Shown: positions 30,927 to 41,477, counted from the first letter of the stretch. The stretch is DNA of 64,000 nt from Acidobacteriota bacterium (GCA_965205505.1 CBDBHB010000009.1:2240001-2304000), one strand, 5' to 3'. Program-made: numbers and translations. The notes: generated by a model from the letters alone, not told the origin.

Positions 30927-32705
30927 CTATGGTCTCATCTCCGCGCCACCGTCCAAGCTTCCCCTGATGGTCTCGCCTTCCATGATGACCGCTTCGGGTC
31001 GAATCTCGCGGATCTCGTAGCGATCCACCTCGAACAGGCTCCGATCGAGCACGACCAGATCGGCGAGCTTGCCTACCTCAATCGAGCCGAGCTGGTCCTC
31101 CATGCGAAGCTGATAGGCGCCACTCAAGGTATATCCCTTGATTAGATCCTCCAGGTCCAAGCGTTCGGTCATCGGCAGTCGTATCGGCGCAGCCTCGCCC
31201 TGTCGAGCGTACTGGCGGTTATGGCCGATCTGTATCCCTAGATAGGGGTTGGCGTTCTCCATTTGATTCAACCCCACAACGTCGCTGGAGAAGGTCACGA
31301 CCGCGCCATCTTCCAGGAGCGGTTGGACCAGCAACATCCTTTCGAAGCGAGGACCAAGCGCAGCAGCGGTCGGCGGTAGTTGGTTTCCAAGGCCGTGCCA
31401 TGTGGGCGTGTAGTTCGCAATAACGCCCAGCTGCTTGAAACGCGGATAGTCGGCTGTATCAATGATGTCCAGGTGGCAGACCGTGACCCGCGTGTAGAGA
31501 TCGCCGCTCAGCAATTCCCGGGCCGCCTCCACTGCATCGAGCGCAATTCGGACGGCCCGATCACCGACGGTATGCAAATGCAGATCGATCTCGGCCTCGT
31601 GTAACCGAAGAAGGAAATCGCGCAACTCTTCGGTGCTCAACAGCGTATTGCCCCGGTTGTCCGGGTCATCGCTGAACGGATCGAGCACGGCGCCGGTACG
31701 AATCTCATTGGTGCCGTCGAAGTGAATCTTGACGGTGTTGAAGCGCAGCCGGTCGCCGCCGTAGGTGTCGCGCAGGCGCAGTAGCTCTTCGACCGCTGCG
31801 TCCTCCTGACCGGGAAGGAAAATGTGATAGGTGCCTTCATAGCGGACCGGTAACTTCCCTGCCCTGTCGAGCTCGGCGAGGAACGAATAGACCATGTCGT
31901 TGTAGTAGCCATTGCCCCCATCGTAGAGCGTGGTGACGCCGTGGCTCGCAAGGTAATCCAGGAAGGTGACCATGCCTTCTTGGTAGACCTCCTTGTCTAC
32001 CTCAAAGAACTTGTATCTAAAGGGACGAAAAGCACTCTCCTTGATCCAGCCAGTAAGCTCACCAGCGGCGTCGCGTGTATAGAGCGCGAGGCCAGGCACA
32101 GGGTCGGGGGTGTCGCGGTCAACACCCATCAGTTCAAGCGCCTTCGAGTTGACCCAAATACTGTGGCCGATGTTGCCGCCCAACCAAACGGGTCGATCTG
32201 GCACGATCGCATCCAGATCGCTCTTATGAGGCCCATCCTTGCCGTCGCCATACAGGGTCACTGGCCAGCAACACATCACGATCCAGGGTAAGTCCGGATT
32301 CTCCTCTGAATACGCCTTCACGGCAGCGAGTATGTCTGCCTTATTGGTCCTCGGTAGCGATCCTGAAGGCCCGCTATAGCGACCCATATACCCGGGATGG
32401 GTATGGGCATCCACCAGACCGGGAATTGTCAGCTTGCCGCCGAGGTCATGGCGATCGGTATCGGGGCCGACGAAGCTCTGTGCACCAGCGTTGTCGCCGA
32501 CGTACACGAACCTACCGTTCTTGATCGCCACGGCTTCCGCCCAAGGCTGCGCATCGTCGACGGTAAAGAACTCACCGCCCTGCAAGACCAAATCGGCAGG
32601 ACCGCCAGTGTCGCCTGGCGACGCGTCCTCCGTTGAAGGCTGACAAGCCGAGAGGCTCAGGCTCGCCAGCAAAGCGATCAACAGCCGCGGCCTGGTTTCC
32701 GTCAT
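30927..32705 (-). CDS. Amidohydrolase_3 (YtcJ-like) lipoprotein
   Basis: Lipobox LSAC, PGLVDAHTH, HTVGDRA, SSD, GSIEVGKLADLVVL. Confidence 0.9.
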   Translation of the reverse strand: MTETRPRLLIALLASLSLSACQPSTEDASPGDTGGPADLVLQGGEFFTVDDAQPWAEAVAIKNGRFVYVGDNAGAQSFVGPDTDRHDLGGKLTIPGLVDAHTHPGYMGRYSGPSGSLPRTNKADILAAVKAYSEENPDLPWIVMCCWPVTLYGDGKDGPHKSDLDAIVPDRPVWLGGNIGHSIWVNSKALELMGVDRDTPDPVPGLALYTRDAAGELTGWIKESAFRPFRYKFFEVDKEVYQEGMVTFLDYLASHGVTTLYDGGNGYYNDMVYSFLAELDRAGKLPVRYEGTYHIFLPGQEDAAVEELLRLRDTYGGDRLRFNTVKIHFDGTNEIRTGAVLDPFSDDPDNRGNTLLSTEELRDFLLRLHEAEIDLHLHTVGDRAVRIALDAVEAARELLSGDLYTRVTVCHLDIIDTADYPRFKQLGVIANYTPTWHGLGNQLPPTAAALGPRFERMLLVQPLLEDGAVVTFSSDVVGLNQMENANPYLGIQIGHNRQYARQGEAAPIRLPMTERLDLEDLIKGYTLSGAYQLRMEDQLGSIEVGKLADLVVLDRSLFEVDRYEIREIRPEAVIMEGETIRGSLDGGAEMRP

Positions 32706-33023
32706 CGATCCTCCAGCCACTGTCTACCTCCCGGGATTTCCGAGATGACCCTGGTCGAGTCAGGCTCTTGGCTTGGTCAGTATCGGGACGCCTGGATACA
32801 ACCACCGATCGTTGGGCTCCTCAAGAGATTCGCTGCGCAAATAGCTGGCGTTTCAGCCCTGGCCAAGAAGCCTCAGCTGCCCGGCTCCTCTGCACGTGCT
32901 TCCGTTGCTTTGGCTCCGAGAGTCCGCGAGTATGAACGCTGGGAAACACCATTGAAGCCACTTGGCGGCCTGGCGATGGCCAGCTGCCGCAGTTGAGGAC
33001 GCAGCCCAACCTTGAGGTACGCA

Positions 33024-34073
33024 ATGCTACGCAAGTGTCTATTCGTGGGTTTGGTCCTGGCCGGCAACCTGAATGTGGTCGCGGCCCAAGAAGAACGGCC
33101 GGTCTCTCTGACCGAGCTCAGGAGTTGGGCTGAGGAGCTGTCCAACAAGGGTCGATGGGGTGCCGAGGACCGGCTGGGCACGCTCAATCTGATCACGCCC
33201 GCCATCAGACAGTCGGCTGCGGCGCTGGTCCGGGAGGGCATCGTCGTGTCCCTCGCACATGACCTGGTTCCCGGTGAGAATCAGAACGCCCTCCGGACGG
33301 GGATGACGCACGACCATGTCATCGACGTGTACGGACCCGTCACCTGGGGGCAGGATACGGTGAGCATCTTTCCCCATGGATATGCCTACTCCCACCTTGA
33401 CGCGTTGTCACACGCTGCCTTCGACGAGGCGTTCTACAACGGTTATGGAGTAGAGACCCTGACAGAATCGGGATCCGTCGTTCTTGGCGTCGACGTGATG
33501 CGAGACGGCATCGCCTCGCGTGGTGTACTGATTGATCTACCCCGCCTCGAAGAGGTCGAATACCTAGAGCCGCGAACCCTAGTGACTGTGGCGGATCTGG
33601 AGGCATGGGAGCGGAGCACCGGTGAACGCGTCGGCGAAGGCGACGTGCTCCTCGTGCGCACCGGCAGATGGGCCAGGGAAGCGGCTCAGGGCCGCTGGAC
33701 GCTGTATTGCCCTGGCGCCACGCTCGGCTCCGAGACGCCGATAGAAGAAGTTCTGCAACAGTGTCGGGAAGCTGATGAGGGTTCGGCCGGACTCCATCCA
33801 TCTGTTGCGCGCTGGCTGCGGCAGCGTGGGGTAGCGGCCGTAGGCGGCGACGGAGCCAACGAGCGCTATCCCACCCTTGTCGCGGGCATCTCGGATCCGT
33901 TCCACATGCTCACCATCGCTGCGATGGGAATGCCCCTGTTCGACAACCTTGATTTCGAGGCTCTCGCCCGCACGGCCGTCGAGATGAATCGGCAGACGTT
34001 CTTCTTCGTCGCCGCTCCTCTGCGAATCCGAGGTGGGTCAGGATCGCCGGTGAATCCGGTGGCGATCTTCTGA
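33024..34073 (+). CDS. Secreted cyclase family (kynurenine formamidase-like) metallohydrolase
   Basis: GRWGAEDRLGTLNLI, HGYAYSHLDALSH, RGVLID, GDVLLVRTG, PLRIRGGSGSPVNP. Confidence 0.9.
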   Translation: MLRKCLFVGLVLAGNLNVVAAQEERPVSLTELRSWAEELSNKGRWGAEDRLGTLNLITPAIRQSAAALVREGIVVSLAHDLVPGENQNALRTGMTHDHVIDVYGPVTWGQDTVSIFPHGYAYSHLDALSHAAFDEAFYNGYGVETLTESGSVVLGVDVMRDGIASRGVLIDLPRLEEVEYLEPRTLVTVADLEAWERSTGERVGEGDVLLVRTGRWAREAAQGRWTLYCPGATLGSETPIEEVLQQCREADEGSAGLHPSVARWLRQRGVAAVGGDGANERYPTLVAGISDPFHMLTIAAMGMPLFDNLDFEALARTAVEMNRQTFFFVAAPLRIRGGSGSPVNPVAIF

Positions 34074-34076
34074 ATG

Positions 34077-34207
34077 GGTACTGTCAAGTTAACTCGAAAT
34101 CGGCAAGAAACGCGTGACCCGTAGGACAGGAAACCCCTGGTAATCGGGCGTTTGCGGTCTGGGCGAGGCGCCCAAGCGGGCAAGAATCAGCTTAACTTGA
34201 CAGTACC
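34077..34207. mobile_element. 131-bp MITE with perfect 16-bp TIRs (IS4-like ends)
   Basis: ggtactgtcaagttaa ... ttaacttgacagtacc; non-coding interior; no clear target duplication. Confidence 0.75.
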
Positions 34208-34253
34208 TCCACCGGTGTCTGTACTTGCCTCGAATTCGGAAGGAGCTCGTTAG

Positions 34254-37244
34254 ATGAGCCGCGTTGCTTCGAGAGTGTTCGTTTCGCTTCTGATCATTGC
34301 CATCGTGCTGCTGACGGGTACACCCGCTAGATCGCAGGGAGACGGGTACTGGCAGGCAGTTGAGAGGATCCGCGACGAAGGCTTCAATCGTTCTCAGGTG
34401 ATCGATTATGCGTGGCACCTCACGGACGTAATCGGTCCGAGGGTCTCAGGTTCTGCCAACATGCGTGAGTCGCAAGAATGGGCTTTGAGCACGATGCAAC
34501 AGATCGGGCTCAGCGACGCAACGATCGCGCCTTGGGGCGAGCACGGTGTGAACTGGGACGTCGAATACGTTTCGCTGCACATGCTGGAGCCCGACTACCA
34601 GCCGTTGATTGGCTACCCACAGGCTTTCACCGCCGGGACCAACGGGAAGATCAGCGGCGAGGTCGTGCTTGCCGATATCGGAAGCAAGGCGGAATTGGAG
34701 GATTATCGCGGCCGTCTGCAGGGCGCAATCGTGCTCTCCACACCGATGCGGCAATACGGCCCACGATTCAAACCGGCCGCGATCCGTCACGACGACGGGT
34801 CGCTAGCGACGTTTGTCGAGGAAGGCGTGGACCGGAATAACGCTTTGCGGCGCGAGGAAGAGTGGACCCGAAATCCGCTGCGGCGTGAAGATCTCGGCGC
34901 CGATGAGCTGGAGGAGTTCTTCAGGTCCGAGGGTGTTGCCGTGGTTCTGGTGGCCGCCCAAGGCGGGGACGGCACGGTCTTCGTCACCGGTAGACGCGAC
35001 CGGTCGCCGGCATCGGTGCGCAATAGCCTTCCGACGCTGTACATCGCACCGGAACACTATGGCCGGATGTATCGTTTGGCCGCCGCCAACGTCTCGGTGA
35101 CGATGGAAGCGGAGGTTCGCATCCGCATCGAGGAGCGCGACAGCCAAGAATACAACGTGATCGGCGAGATTCCGGGCAGCGATCTGGCGCACCAGGTCGT
35201 CATGATCGGCGCCCATCTCGACTCCTGGCACTCCGGCACTGGCGCCACCGACAATGCTTCCGGATCGGCGTGTGTCCTTGAGGCCATGCGTATCTTGAAG
35301 GCCATCGGTGTGGCGCCGCGCCGCACGATACGAGTGGCGCTTTGGAGCAGCGAGGAGGGCGGGCTACGCGGCTCCCGCGCCTACGTAGCCGAGCATTTCG
35401 GGAATCCGCGAGACGGCATGAAGGCCGACTACGAGAACTTCTCTGCCTACTTCAACATGGACAACGGCACGGGCCAGGTTCGTGGAATTCATCAGCAGGG
35501 CAACCAATTCGTCGCGCCGATCTTCGAGGCGTGGATGAAGCCGTTCGACGATCTTAAGGTCGGCACCCTGTCGAACTTCAGCAATCGCGGCTCCGATCAG
35601 CTGTCGTTCGATGAGGCGGGGTTGCCCGGGTTCCAGATCTTGCAGGATCGCATCGAATACCGCACCCGCACCCACCACACGAACATGGATGTGTTCGACA
35701 AGTTGTTGCCCGAGGATCTGAAGATCAACTCGGTTGTTCTCGCCAGCCTCGCCTATCAGGCAGCGATGGTTGACGAGCGCATGCCGCGCAAATCGTTCAC
35801 TGATTGGCGGCCGCAGTTCGAGACTGTGCAGGAGGAGGTGTTCGGTGCCGGCAACACCTACACCAACGCGGTCGCGGACTACGACAACGATGGCGACCTG
35901 GACATCTTCGTGGGCTTCAATCAACGCGCCAACCGGCTGTACCGAAACGACGGCGGGATATTCACCGATGTGGCCGCGCAGGTCGGTGTTGCCGACAACG
36001 ACGTGACGCGGGCCGCGGCCTGGGGCGACTACAACGGCGACGGGCACCTGGATTTGTTCGTCGGCTTCGTTTCGCGTCAGGGAAGCTCGAGCAGGCTGTA
36101 CGAGAACACCGGCGACGGGGGGCAGTTCACCGACGTGACGGAAGCTGCCGGGCTCGAGATGACCGGTAGCTTTCGGCAGGTGAGCTGGGTCGACTACGAC
36201 ATCGATGGAGATGTCGACCTGTTCGTCGGTCTACGCGACAAACCAAACGCTCTGTACCGAAACGACGACGGCAGGTTTACGAACGTTGCCCAGGCTCTGG
36301 GTGTAGACGATCCGCGCCGCACCGTCGGCGCCGCGTGGCTCGATTTCGATGCGGATGGTGATCTCGACCTCGTGGTCGCCAACATGGACGGCGATGCCAA
36401 TGGCCTGTTTCGCAATGATCGTTCGCGCTTCGTCGACGTGGCCGCTCAGGCCGGTCTAGACCACGGCGGGCGAGTGCTTGGAAACGCATCGTTCGGCACC
36501 GTGAGGCCAGCGATTGCGGATTTTGACAGCGATGGGAAGCTCGACGTCTTCATGGCCAACTACGGACCCAACGGCCTCTTCCGGAACCTGGGAGACGGTA
36601 TGTTCGAGAGCGTCGCGCCACGCATGGGGCTGGCCATCGACAGCCGCTACGACACGGCGACATGGGGCGACTACGACAACGACGGCCGTCCCGACCTGTA
36701 TGTCAACGGTACCGTCAGCGGCGGCCGCAACTACCGTGACTACCTGTTCCACAACGACGGTGACCGGTTCACCGACGTCACGCCGCCGGTGGTCGGTGAT
36801 CAAGAGTCCGACCATGGCGCCCACTGGGCCGACATGGATGGCGATGGCGACCTCGATCTGGCGCTCACCGGCGGTTCCGCGGCGGGTATGCACTACGTGC
36901 TGCTGAACTCACAGGTTGACGAACGCGCCCGCAGATCGTTGCAGGTGCTCGTTCTCGACGCGGACGGCCGCTACACGCGTGCCGGCGCAGAAGTTCGGCT
37001 GTTCGATGCGGCGAGCGGCGCGCTGCTCGGAACGCGCATCGTCGACACGGGGTCCGGCTACAACTCTCAGAACGCCATGCCCGTGCACTTCGGGCTGGCG
37101 AGAGAGGCCCTCGTGGAGGTCGAGGTGACGACAATGACGCGACAGGGTCGAAGGCGTGCGCGACTGTCGGACATCGATCCGAGTGCCTACGGCGGTCGCT
37201 GGCTTGTCGTGAAGGTCGATGAGAACGGAGATGTAGGGCAATAG
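34254..37244 (+). CDS. Secreted M28 peptidase fused to an FG-GAP/VCBS propeller and ASPIC/UnbV domain
   Basis: GAHLDSW, GATDN, EEGGL, GSD, HHT, then repeated DYDxDGDxD units and SGYNSQN...HFGL. Confidence 0.88.
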   Translation: MSRVASRVFVSLLIIAIVLLTGTPARSQGDGYWQAVERIRDEGFNRSQVIDYAWHLTDVIGPRVSGSANMRESQEWALSTMQQIGLSDATIAPWGEHGVNWDVEYVSLHMLEPDYQPLIGYPQAFTAGTNGKISGEVVLADIGSKAELEDYRGRLQGAIVLSTPMRQYGPRFKPAAIRHDDGSLATFVEEGVDRNNALRREEEWTRNPLRREDLGADELEEFFRSEGVAVVLVAAQGGDGTVFVTGRRDRSPASVRNSLPTLYIAPEHYGRMYRLAAANVSVTMEAEVRIRIEERDSQEYNVIGEIPGSDLAHQVVMIGAHLDSWHSGTGATDNASGSACVLEAMRILKAIGVAPRRTIRVALWSSEEGGLRGSRAYVAEHFGNPRDGMKADYENFSAYFNMDNGTGQVRGIHQQGNQFVAPIFEAWMKPFDDLKVGTLSNFSNRGSDQLSFDEAGLPGFQILQDRIEYRTRTHHTNMDVFDKLLPEDLKINSVVLASLAYQAAMVDERMPRKSFTDWRPQFETVQEEVFGAGNTYTNAVADYDNDGDLDIFVGFNQRANRLYRNDGGIFTDVAAQVGVADNDVTRAAAWGDYNGDGHLDLFVGFVSRQGSSSRLYENTGDGGQFTDVTEAAGLEMTGSFRQVSWVDYDIDGDVDLFVGLRDKPNALYRNDDGRFTNVAQALGVDDPRRTVGAAWLDFDADGDLDLVVANMDGDANGLFRNDRSRFVDVAAQAGLDHGGRVLGNASFGTVRPAIADFDSDGKLDVFMANYGPNGLFRNLGDGMFESVAPRMGLAIDSRYDTATWGDYDNDGRPDLYVNGTVSGGRNYRDYLFHNDGDRFTDVTPPVVGDQESDHGAHWADMDGDGDLDLALTGGSAAGMHYVLLNSQVDERARRSLQVLVLDADGRYTRAGAEVRLFDAASGALLGTRIVDTGSGYNSQNAMPVHFGLAREALVEVEVTTMTRQGRRRARLSDIDPSAYGGRWLVVKVDENGDVGQ

Positions 37245-37361
37245 AATCGCGGCGATCACCTCCACCAACTAGCCTGCGTGCCCAGCACGTCGGGCGTGTT
37301 GCCGAGTCCGGGATGTCAGGGCCTCCTCGCAGGTTTTCGCCAAAGCAACAGGGAGAAACTC

Positions 37362-38672
37362 ATGAAGTTCGGTTCGTTCGGCTGCGTCGCGGGAGTCTTG
37401 TTGGTCGTCACCGCCGGGGTGGGAGCGGCGCAAGCGCCGGACACGCGGTATGTTCGCGCCGGAGCGGTCGTCGACGTGATGAACGGTCAGCTGCTACTCG
37501 ATCAGGGCATTGTCGTGCGCGACGGCCGCATCGAGTCCATCGGGCCGGCAGCATCGACGGCGGTGCCGCAAGGGGCCGCGGTCATCGATCTGTCTGCTGC
37601 CACCGTGCTGCCCGGTCTGATTGACCTGCACACTCACCTCACGAGCGACGGACAATCGCATGGCTACGCGGCGCTGGCGGTCTCCCAAACGCGGGCGGCG
37701 TTGAAGGGAGTGCGCCAGGCGAGGTTGACGCTCGACGCTGGCTTCACGACAGTGCGCAATGTCGGCGCCGCTGGCTTTACTGATGTGGCGCTGCGCGATG
37801 CCATAAACGACGGCGACTTTGTCGGGCCGCGCATGCTGGTCTCGGGACCGGCGCTCGGCATCACCGGCGGCCATTGCGACATGAACCTGCTGCCGCCCGA
37901 GTTCGACTTCGTCGGTGAGGGTGTCGCCGACGGACCGTGGGCCATTCGTCGGCGGATTCGTGAGAACGCCAAGTACGGCGTCGACCTGATCAAGTTCTGC
38001 GCTACCGGCGGGGTGCTGTCCAAGGGGACGACGGTGGGCGGCCTGCAGTACACCTTCGAGGAGATGCAGGCGATTGTCGACGAGGCCCACAAGTTCGGCT
38101 TCTTGGTCGCCGCTCACGCGCATGGCACCGAGGGAATCAAGCTCGCGATCCAGGCCGGCGTCGACTCCATTGAGCACGCCAGTATGCTCGATGACGAGGG
38201 GATTCAGCTGGCGATCGAGCACGGGGCGGCGCTGTCGATGGACGTGTACGTGTCGGACTACATCCTGACCTCCGGGGAGGAGGCGGGGATCCTGCCCGAG
38301 TCGCTCGACAAGGAGCGCCAGGTCGGCCGCGTGCAGCGTGAGAGCTTCCGGCGCGCCCACGCCGCGGGCGTGCGGATCGTTTTCGGGTCCGACGCCGGGG
38401 TATACCCGCATGGCTCCAACGGCCGTCAGTTTGCCTATATGGTGCAGTGGGGCATGACGCCGATGGAGGCGATTCAAGCAGCCACGATCAACGCCGCTCG
38501 TCTTCTGAAGCGGGACAACGAGTTCGGCGCGCTGGTCGTCGGTCGCTCCGCCGACCTCATCGCGGTCGCCGGCAACCCGCTCGAGAACGTGCGCACGCTC
38601 GAGAACGTGGGGTTCGTGATGAAACAGGGAGAGGTATTCAAAGACGAGCTGTCGGGATCAGCGTCCCGCTAG
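37362..38672 (+). CDS. Secreted amidohydrolase (Xaa-Pro dipeptidase-like)
   Basis: PGLIDLHTH, IKFCATGGV, AAHAHG, SIEH, FGSDAG; RBS ggag. Confidence 0.9.
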   Translation: MKFGSFGCVAGVLLVVTAGVGAAQAPDTRYVRAGAVVDVMNGQLLLDQGIVVRDGRIESIGPAASTAVPQGAAVIDLSAATVLPGLIDLHTHLTSDGQSHGYAALAVSQTRAALKGVRQARLTLDAGFTTVRNVGAAGFTDVALRDAINDGDFVGPRMLVSGPALGITGGHCDMNLLPPEFDFVGEGVADGPWAIRRRIRENAKYGVDLIKFCATGGVLSKGTTVGGLQYTFEEMQAIVDEAHKFGFLVAAHAHGTEGIKLAIQAGVDSIEHASMLDDEGIQLAIEHGAALSMDVYVSDYILTSGEEAGILPESLDKERQVGRVQRESFRRAHAAGVRIVFGSDAGVYPHGSNGRQFAYMVQWGMTPMEAIQAATINAARLLKRDNEFGALVVGRSADLIAVAGNPLENVRTLENVGFVMKQGEVFKDELSGSASR

Positions 38673-38767
38673 TCCGCGGGTCGGCGCCATCGGCTGTAGA
38701 CGTTTATCGGCGCATCTTCGAAGTCAACGCTAGCGGCGAAGATCGTGTGGGAGTATGTGAGCCGCAT

Positions 38768-38786
38768 ACTTTCACCACGGCCTGCT
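38768..38786 (-). repeat. Short copy of the agcaggccgtggtgaaagt repeat
   Basis: actttcaccacggcctgct is the exact reverse complement of 55763-55781. Confidence 0.55.
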
Positions 38787-38803
38787 GCCAGGAGGAAAAC
38801 ACC

Positions 38804-40252
38804 ATGAAGCGTCTGCTGGTCCAACTCACAACTCTCACGCTCCTGCTTCCGGCAGCAACCAGCGCCCAGCAGGCAGAGTCCTACGATTACTGGCGTGCCA
38901 ACCGCAACATCATCCAGTACGGGCAGCAGGCGATCTTCATGTGCAATGGCCTGTTCACGTCGAATCGTACGCTCGAGCATGTTTTCGAGCAGGAGCTGGC
39001 CTATCTACGACAGCCGGTGGGTACCCCTGCAGGTGGCGACTACGTCGTCGACTGGGATCGTCGGGCAGTGGCGATCGGGACACCCGGTGGCACGCCGTTG
39101 ATGCGCGCGGCGTTCCGTGAGGGGCTGGGGTGCGTGATCATGGCGCCCGATCAGACCTTCGAGGATATCGACAGCCTACCGCTTCTCGACACGCCGGCGC
39201 CGTCTAGTGATCCAGCAACCATTGCGTGGCCCGATGGCGACATGGTTGCCGACGAGCCGTTCCCGCCGGAGCTCAACGCCGCCAGCTTGCAGGCCGCATC
39301 GGACTGGGCATTCGAGCGCGAGTCGCCCGAGCAGGTAACGCTGAGCTTGCTGGTTGTTCATCGCGGTCGGATCATCCACGAGCGCTATGCGCCTGGGGTC
39401 GAGATGACCACGCGCACACGCACCTGGTCGACCGCAAAGAGCATCGCGGTGACACTCATTGGCATGCTGGTGGACGAGGGCCGGCTACAGCTCGATGCGC
39501 CGCTCGGCTTCGATTGGCTTCCGGAGGCCGTCGACGCCGAGTCCGATCCGCGCGCCCAGATCACGTTGAGGCATGCGCTCAACATGTCGAGTGGCCTCAA
39601 CACCGTCGACAACGCCGGGTTCGAGTACGCCACCGGCTCCGGACAAGCCTACTGGGCCGGTGCCAGCTCGATCCGCGGCGCGCGGAGTCGCGGGCTGATC
39701 CGCGCGCCGGGGTCGCACTGGGACTACGAAAACTACGACACTCTGCTCGCCGTATACGCCATGAAGCTGGCGATCGGCGACGACCAGGAATACTTGCAAT
39801 ACCCGCGCAGCGCTCTTCTGGATCCGATCGGCATGCGCAACACGCTGCTCAGCGTGGATCGTTTCGGCGATTTCATCCTCAGCAGCCAGGTTTACACGAA
39901 CGCTCGCGACCTCGCCCGGTTCGGGCTGTTATACCTGCAGCAAGGCATGTGGAACGGCCGGCGGCTACTGTCTGAAGAGTGGATCGAGTTCACGCGAAAA
40001 CCGGCGCCATCCACCGCGGCCCGCGGCAACTTCTACGGCGGTCAGTGGTGGCTCGTGCCTGACAGTCGCACAGACGTGCCGAGCAACGCCTACTCGACGG
40101 CGGGAAACCGTGGCCAATACGCCATCGTCGTGCCCTCGCACGACCTGGTGATCGTGCGACGCGGCCTCGACTACGGGCGGCAGGGATTCAACAACTGGGA
40201 TCTGACGCGAGAGGTACTCAAGGCCTTCGGAACTGCTGCCGACGATGAGTAG
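38804..40252 (+). CDS. Secreted serine hydrolase, beta-lactamase class C-like
   Basis: WSTAKS (SxxK), YEN, ARDLARFG; signal peptide; RBS ggagg. Confidence 0.88.
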   Translation: MKRLLVQLTTLTLLLPAATSAQQAESYDYWRANRNIIQYGQQAIFMCNGLFTSNRTLEHVFEQELAYLRQPVGTPAGGDYVVDWDRRAVAIGTPGGTPLMRAAFREGLGCVIMAPDQTFEDIDSLPLLDTPAPSSDPATIAWPDGDMVADEPFPPELNAASLQAASDWAFERESPEQVTLSLLVVHRGRIIHERYAPGVEMTTRTRTWSTAKSIAVTLIGMLVDEGRLQLDAPLGFDWLPEAVDAESDPRAQITLRHALNMSSGLNTVDNAGFEYATGSGQAYWAGASSIRGARSRGLIRAPGSHWDYENYDTLLAVYAMKLAIGDDQEYLQYPRSALLDPIGMRNTLLSVDRFGDFILSSQVYTNARDLARFGLLYLQQGMWNGRRLLSEEWIEFTRKPAPSTAARGNFYGGQWWLVPDSRTDVPSNAYSTAGNRGQYAIVVPSHDLVIVRRGLDYGRQGFNNWDLTREVLKAFGTAADDE

Positions 40253-40269
40253 GCGGGAAGCCGGCGAGG

Positions 40270-41409
40270 TCAGACTCCACGCCGCGCGGCTCGCGGTTGC
40301 TGTTCACGACACACGATAGCGAAGAGGACTGCGGCGGCCAACGACGTGGTGGCGCCGAAGGCGAACGGCGCATGGGCACCGAACCGCTCCCAGAGCACTC
40401 CGGCGATCAGGCTGGCCACCAGGACGAGCACGCCGGTGACCGCCTGATACAGCCCCATGGCGGTGGCGATACGGCCGCGTTGCGCCAGGTCGCTTACGTA
40501 GGCACGGCCGGCACCGGCGAACGCTGCGGCGTAGAGCCCATACAGGGCCAACAGCGGTACGGCGTAACGCCGATCGTCGGCGATCGCAAAGCCGGCATAG
40601 ACCACGCCGGAGAGCACAAAGCCACCTAGCAGGACGCCGCGGCGGCCGATGCGGTCGGACAGGGATCCGGCAGGCAGCGCCGCGGCCGCGTAGGTGAGGT
40701 TGTAGATCACATAGAGGCCGAGGACACCCTCGGGTGACCACCCCAGATCGCGGGCGCGCAACAGCAGGAAGACATTGCTGCTGTTGCCGAGGGCGAACAG
40801 AGCAACGACCAGCAGAAACCGGAGGAGCTCAGGAGAGGCGTTGAGCCCGAAACCCGTCCCCGGAGATTCAGGCAGCGGCCCACGGATCTCGGCGACTCGG
40901 GCGAGCACCACGATCCCCGCAAACGCCGGGACGGCGGCGAGCAGGAAGAGCCCGGTGTAGCCCAGGCCGAAGGTGGAGAGCGCTACGAGCGCCAGCAGGG
41001 GCCCGATGACGGCACCCGTCGTATCCATGGCCCGATGGAACCCTAACGCCCTGCCGCGGTGCTCGGGCGCCGTGGAGTCGGCGATCAGGGCGTCGCGCGC
41101 CGGACCCCGCAATCCCTTTCCGGCGCGGTCGACCACACGAGCACCGAGCACCCAGATCCAGCTGGCAGCCAGCGCCAGCAGCGGTTTGGCGATGGCCGAC
41201 AACGTGTAGCCGGCGAGCGCGAACGGTCGGCGGCGCCGGGTGCGATCCGACAGCCAACCCGAGATTGCCTTGAGCGTGCTCGCCACGCTCTCAGCGACGC
41301 CCTCGATCAACCCGACGACGCTGATTGGAGCGCCCAGCACCTCGGTCACGTAGAGCGGGATGACGGCGTATAGCATCTCGCTGCTCAGGTCGGTGAGCAG
41401 GCTGACCAC
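40270..41409 (-). CDS. MFS transporter
   Basis: About 12 TM segments, GWLSDRTRRRRP, GSLSDRIGRR; true start probably ~70 bp further upstream, abutting the OPT stop. Confidence 0.9.
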   Translation of the reverse strand: MVSLLTDLSSEMLYAVIPLYVTEVLGAPISVVGLIEGVAESVASTLKAISGWLSDRTRRRRPFALAGYTLSAIAKPLLALAASWIWVLGARVVDRAGKGLRGPARDALIADSTAPEHRGRALGFHRAMDTTGAVIGPLLALVALSTFGLGYTGLFLLAAVPAFAGIVVLARVAEIRGPLPESPGTGFGLNASPELLRFLLVVALFALGNSSNVFLLLRARDLGWSPEGVLGLYVIYNLTYAAAALPAGSLSDRIGRRGVLLGGFVLSGVVYAGFAIADDRRYAVPLLALYGLYAAAFAGAGRAYVSDLAQRGRIATAMGLYQAVTGVLVLVASLIAGVLWERFGAHAPFAFGATTSLAAAVLFAIVCREQQPRAARRGV

Positions 41410-41477
41410 GCCCAGCTTTCGGACGTCAGGGCCGATAGGCGGCGGCGCGGTGGCGGTCTGATCCGTCGCGGTTGGCT

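Noticed and set aside
32815-33030. Possible ISL3 right-end remnant (IAYLKVG; ...gaggagcc)
   Set aside because: Match is short and overlaps the cyclase signal-peptide codons, so chance cannot be excluded
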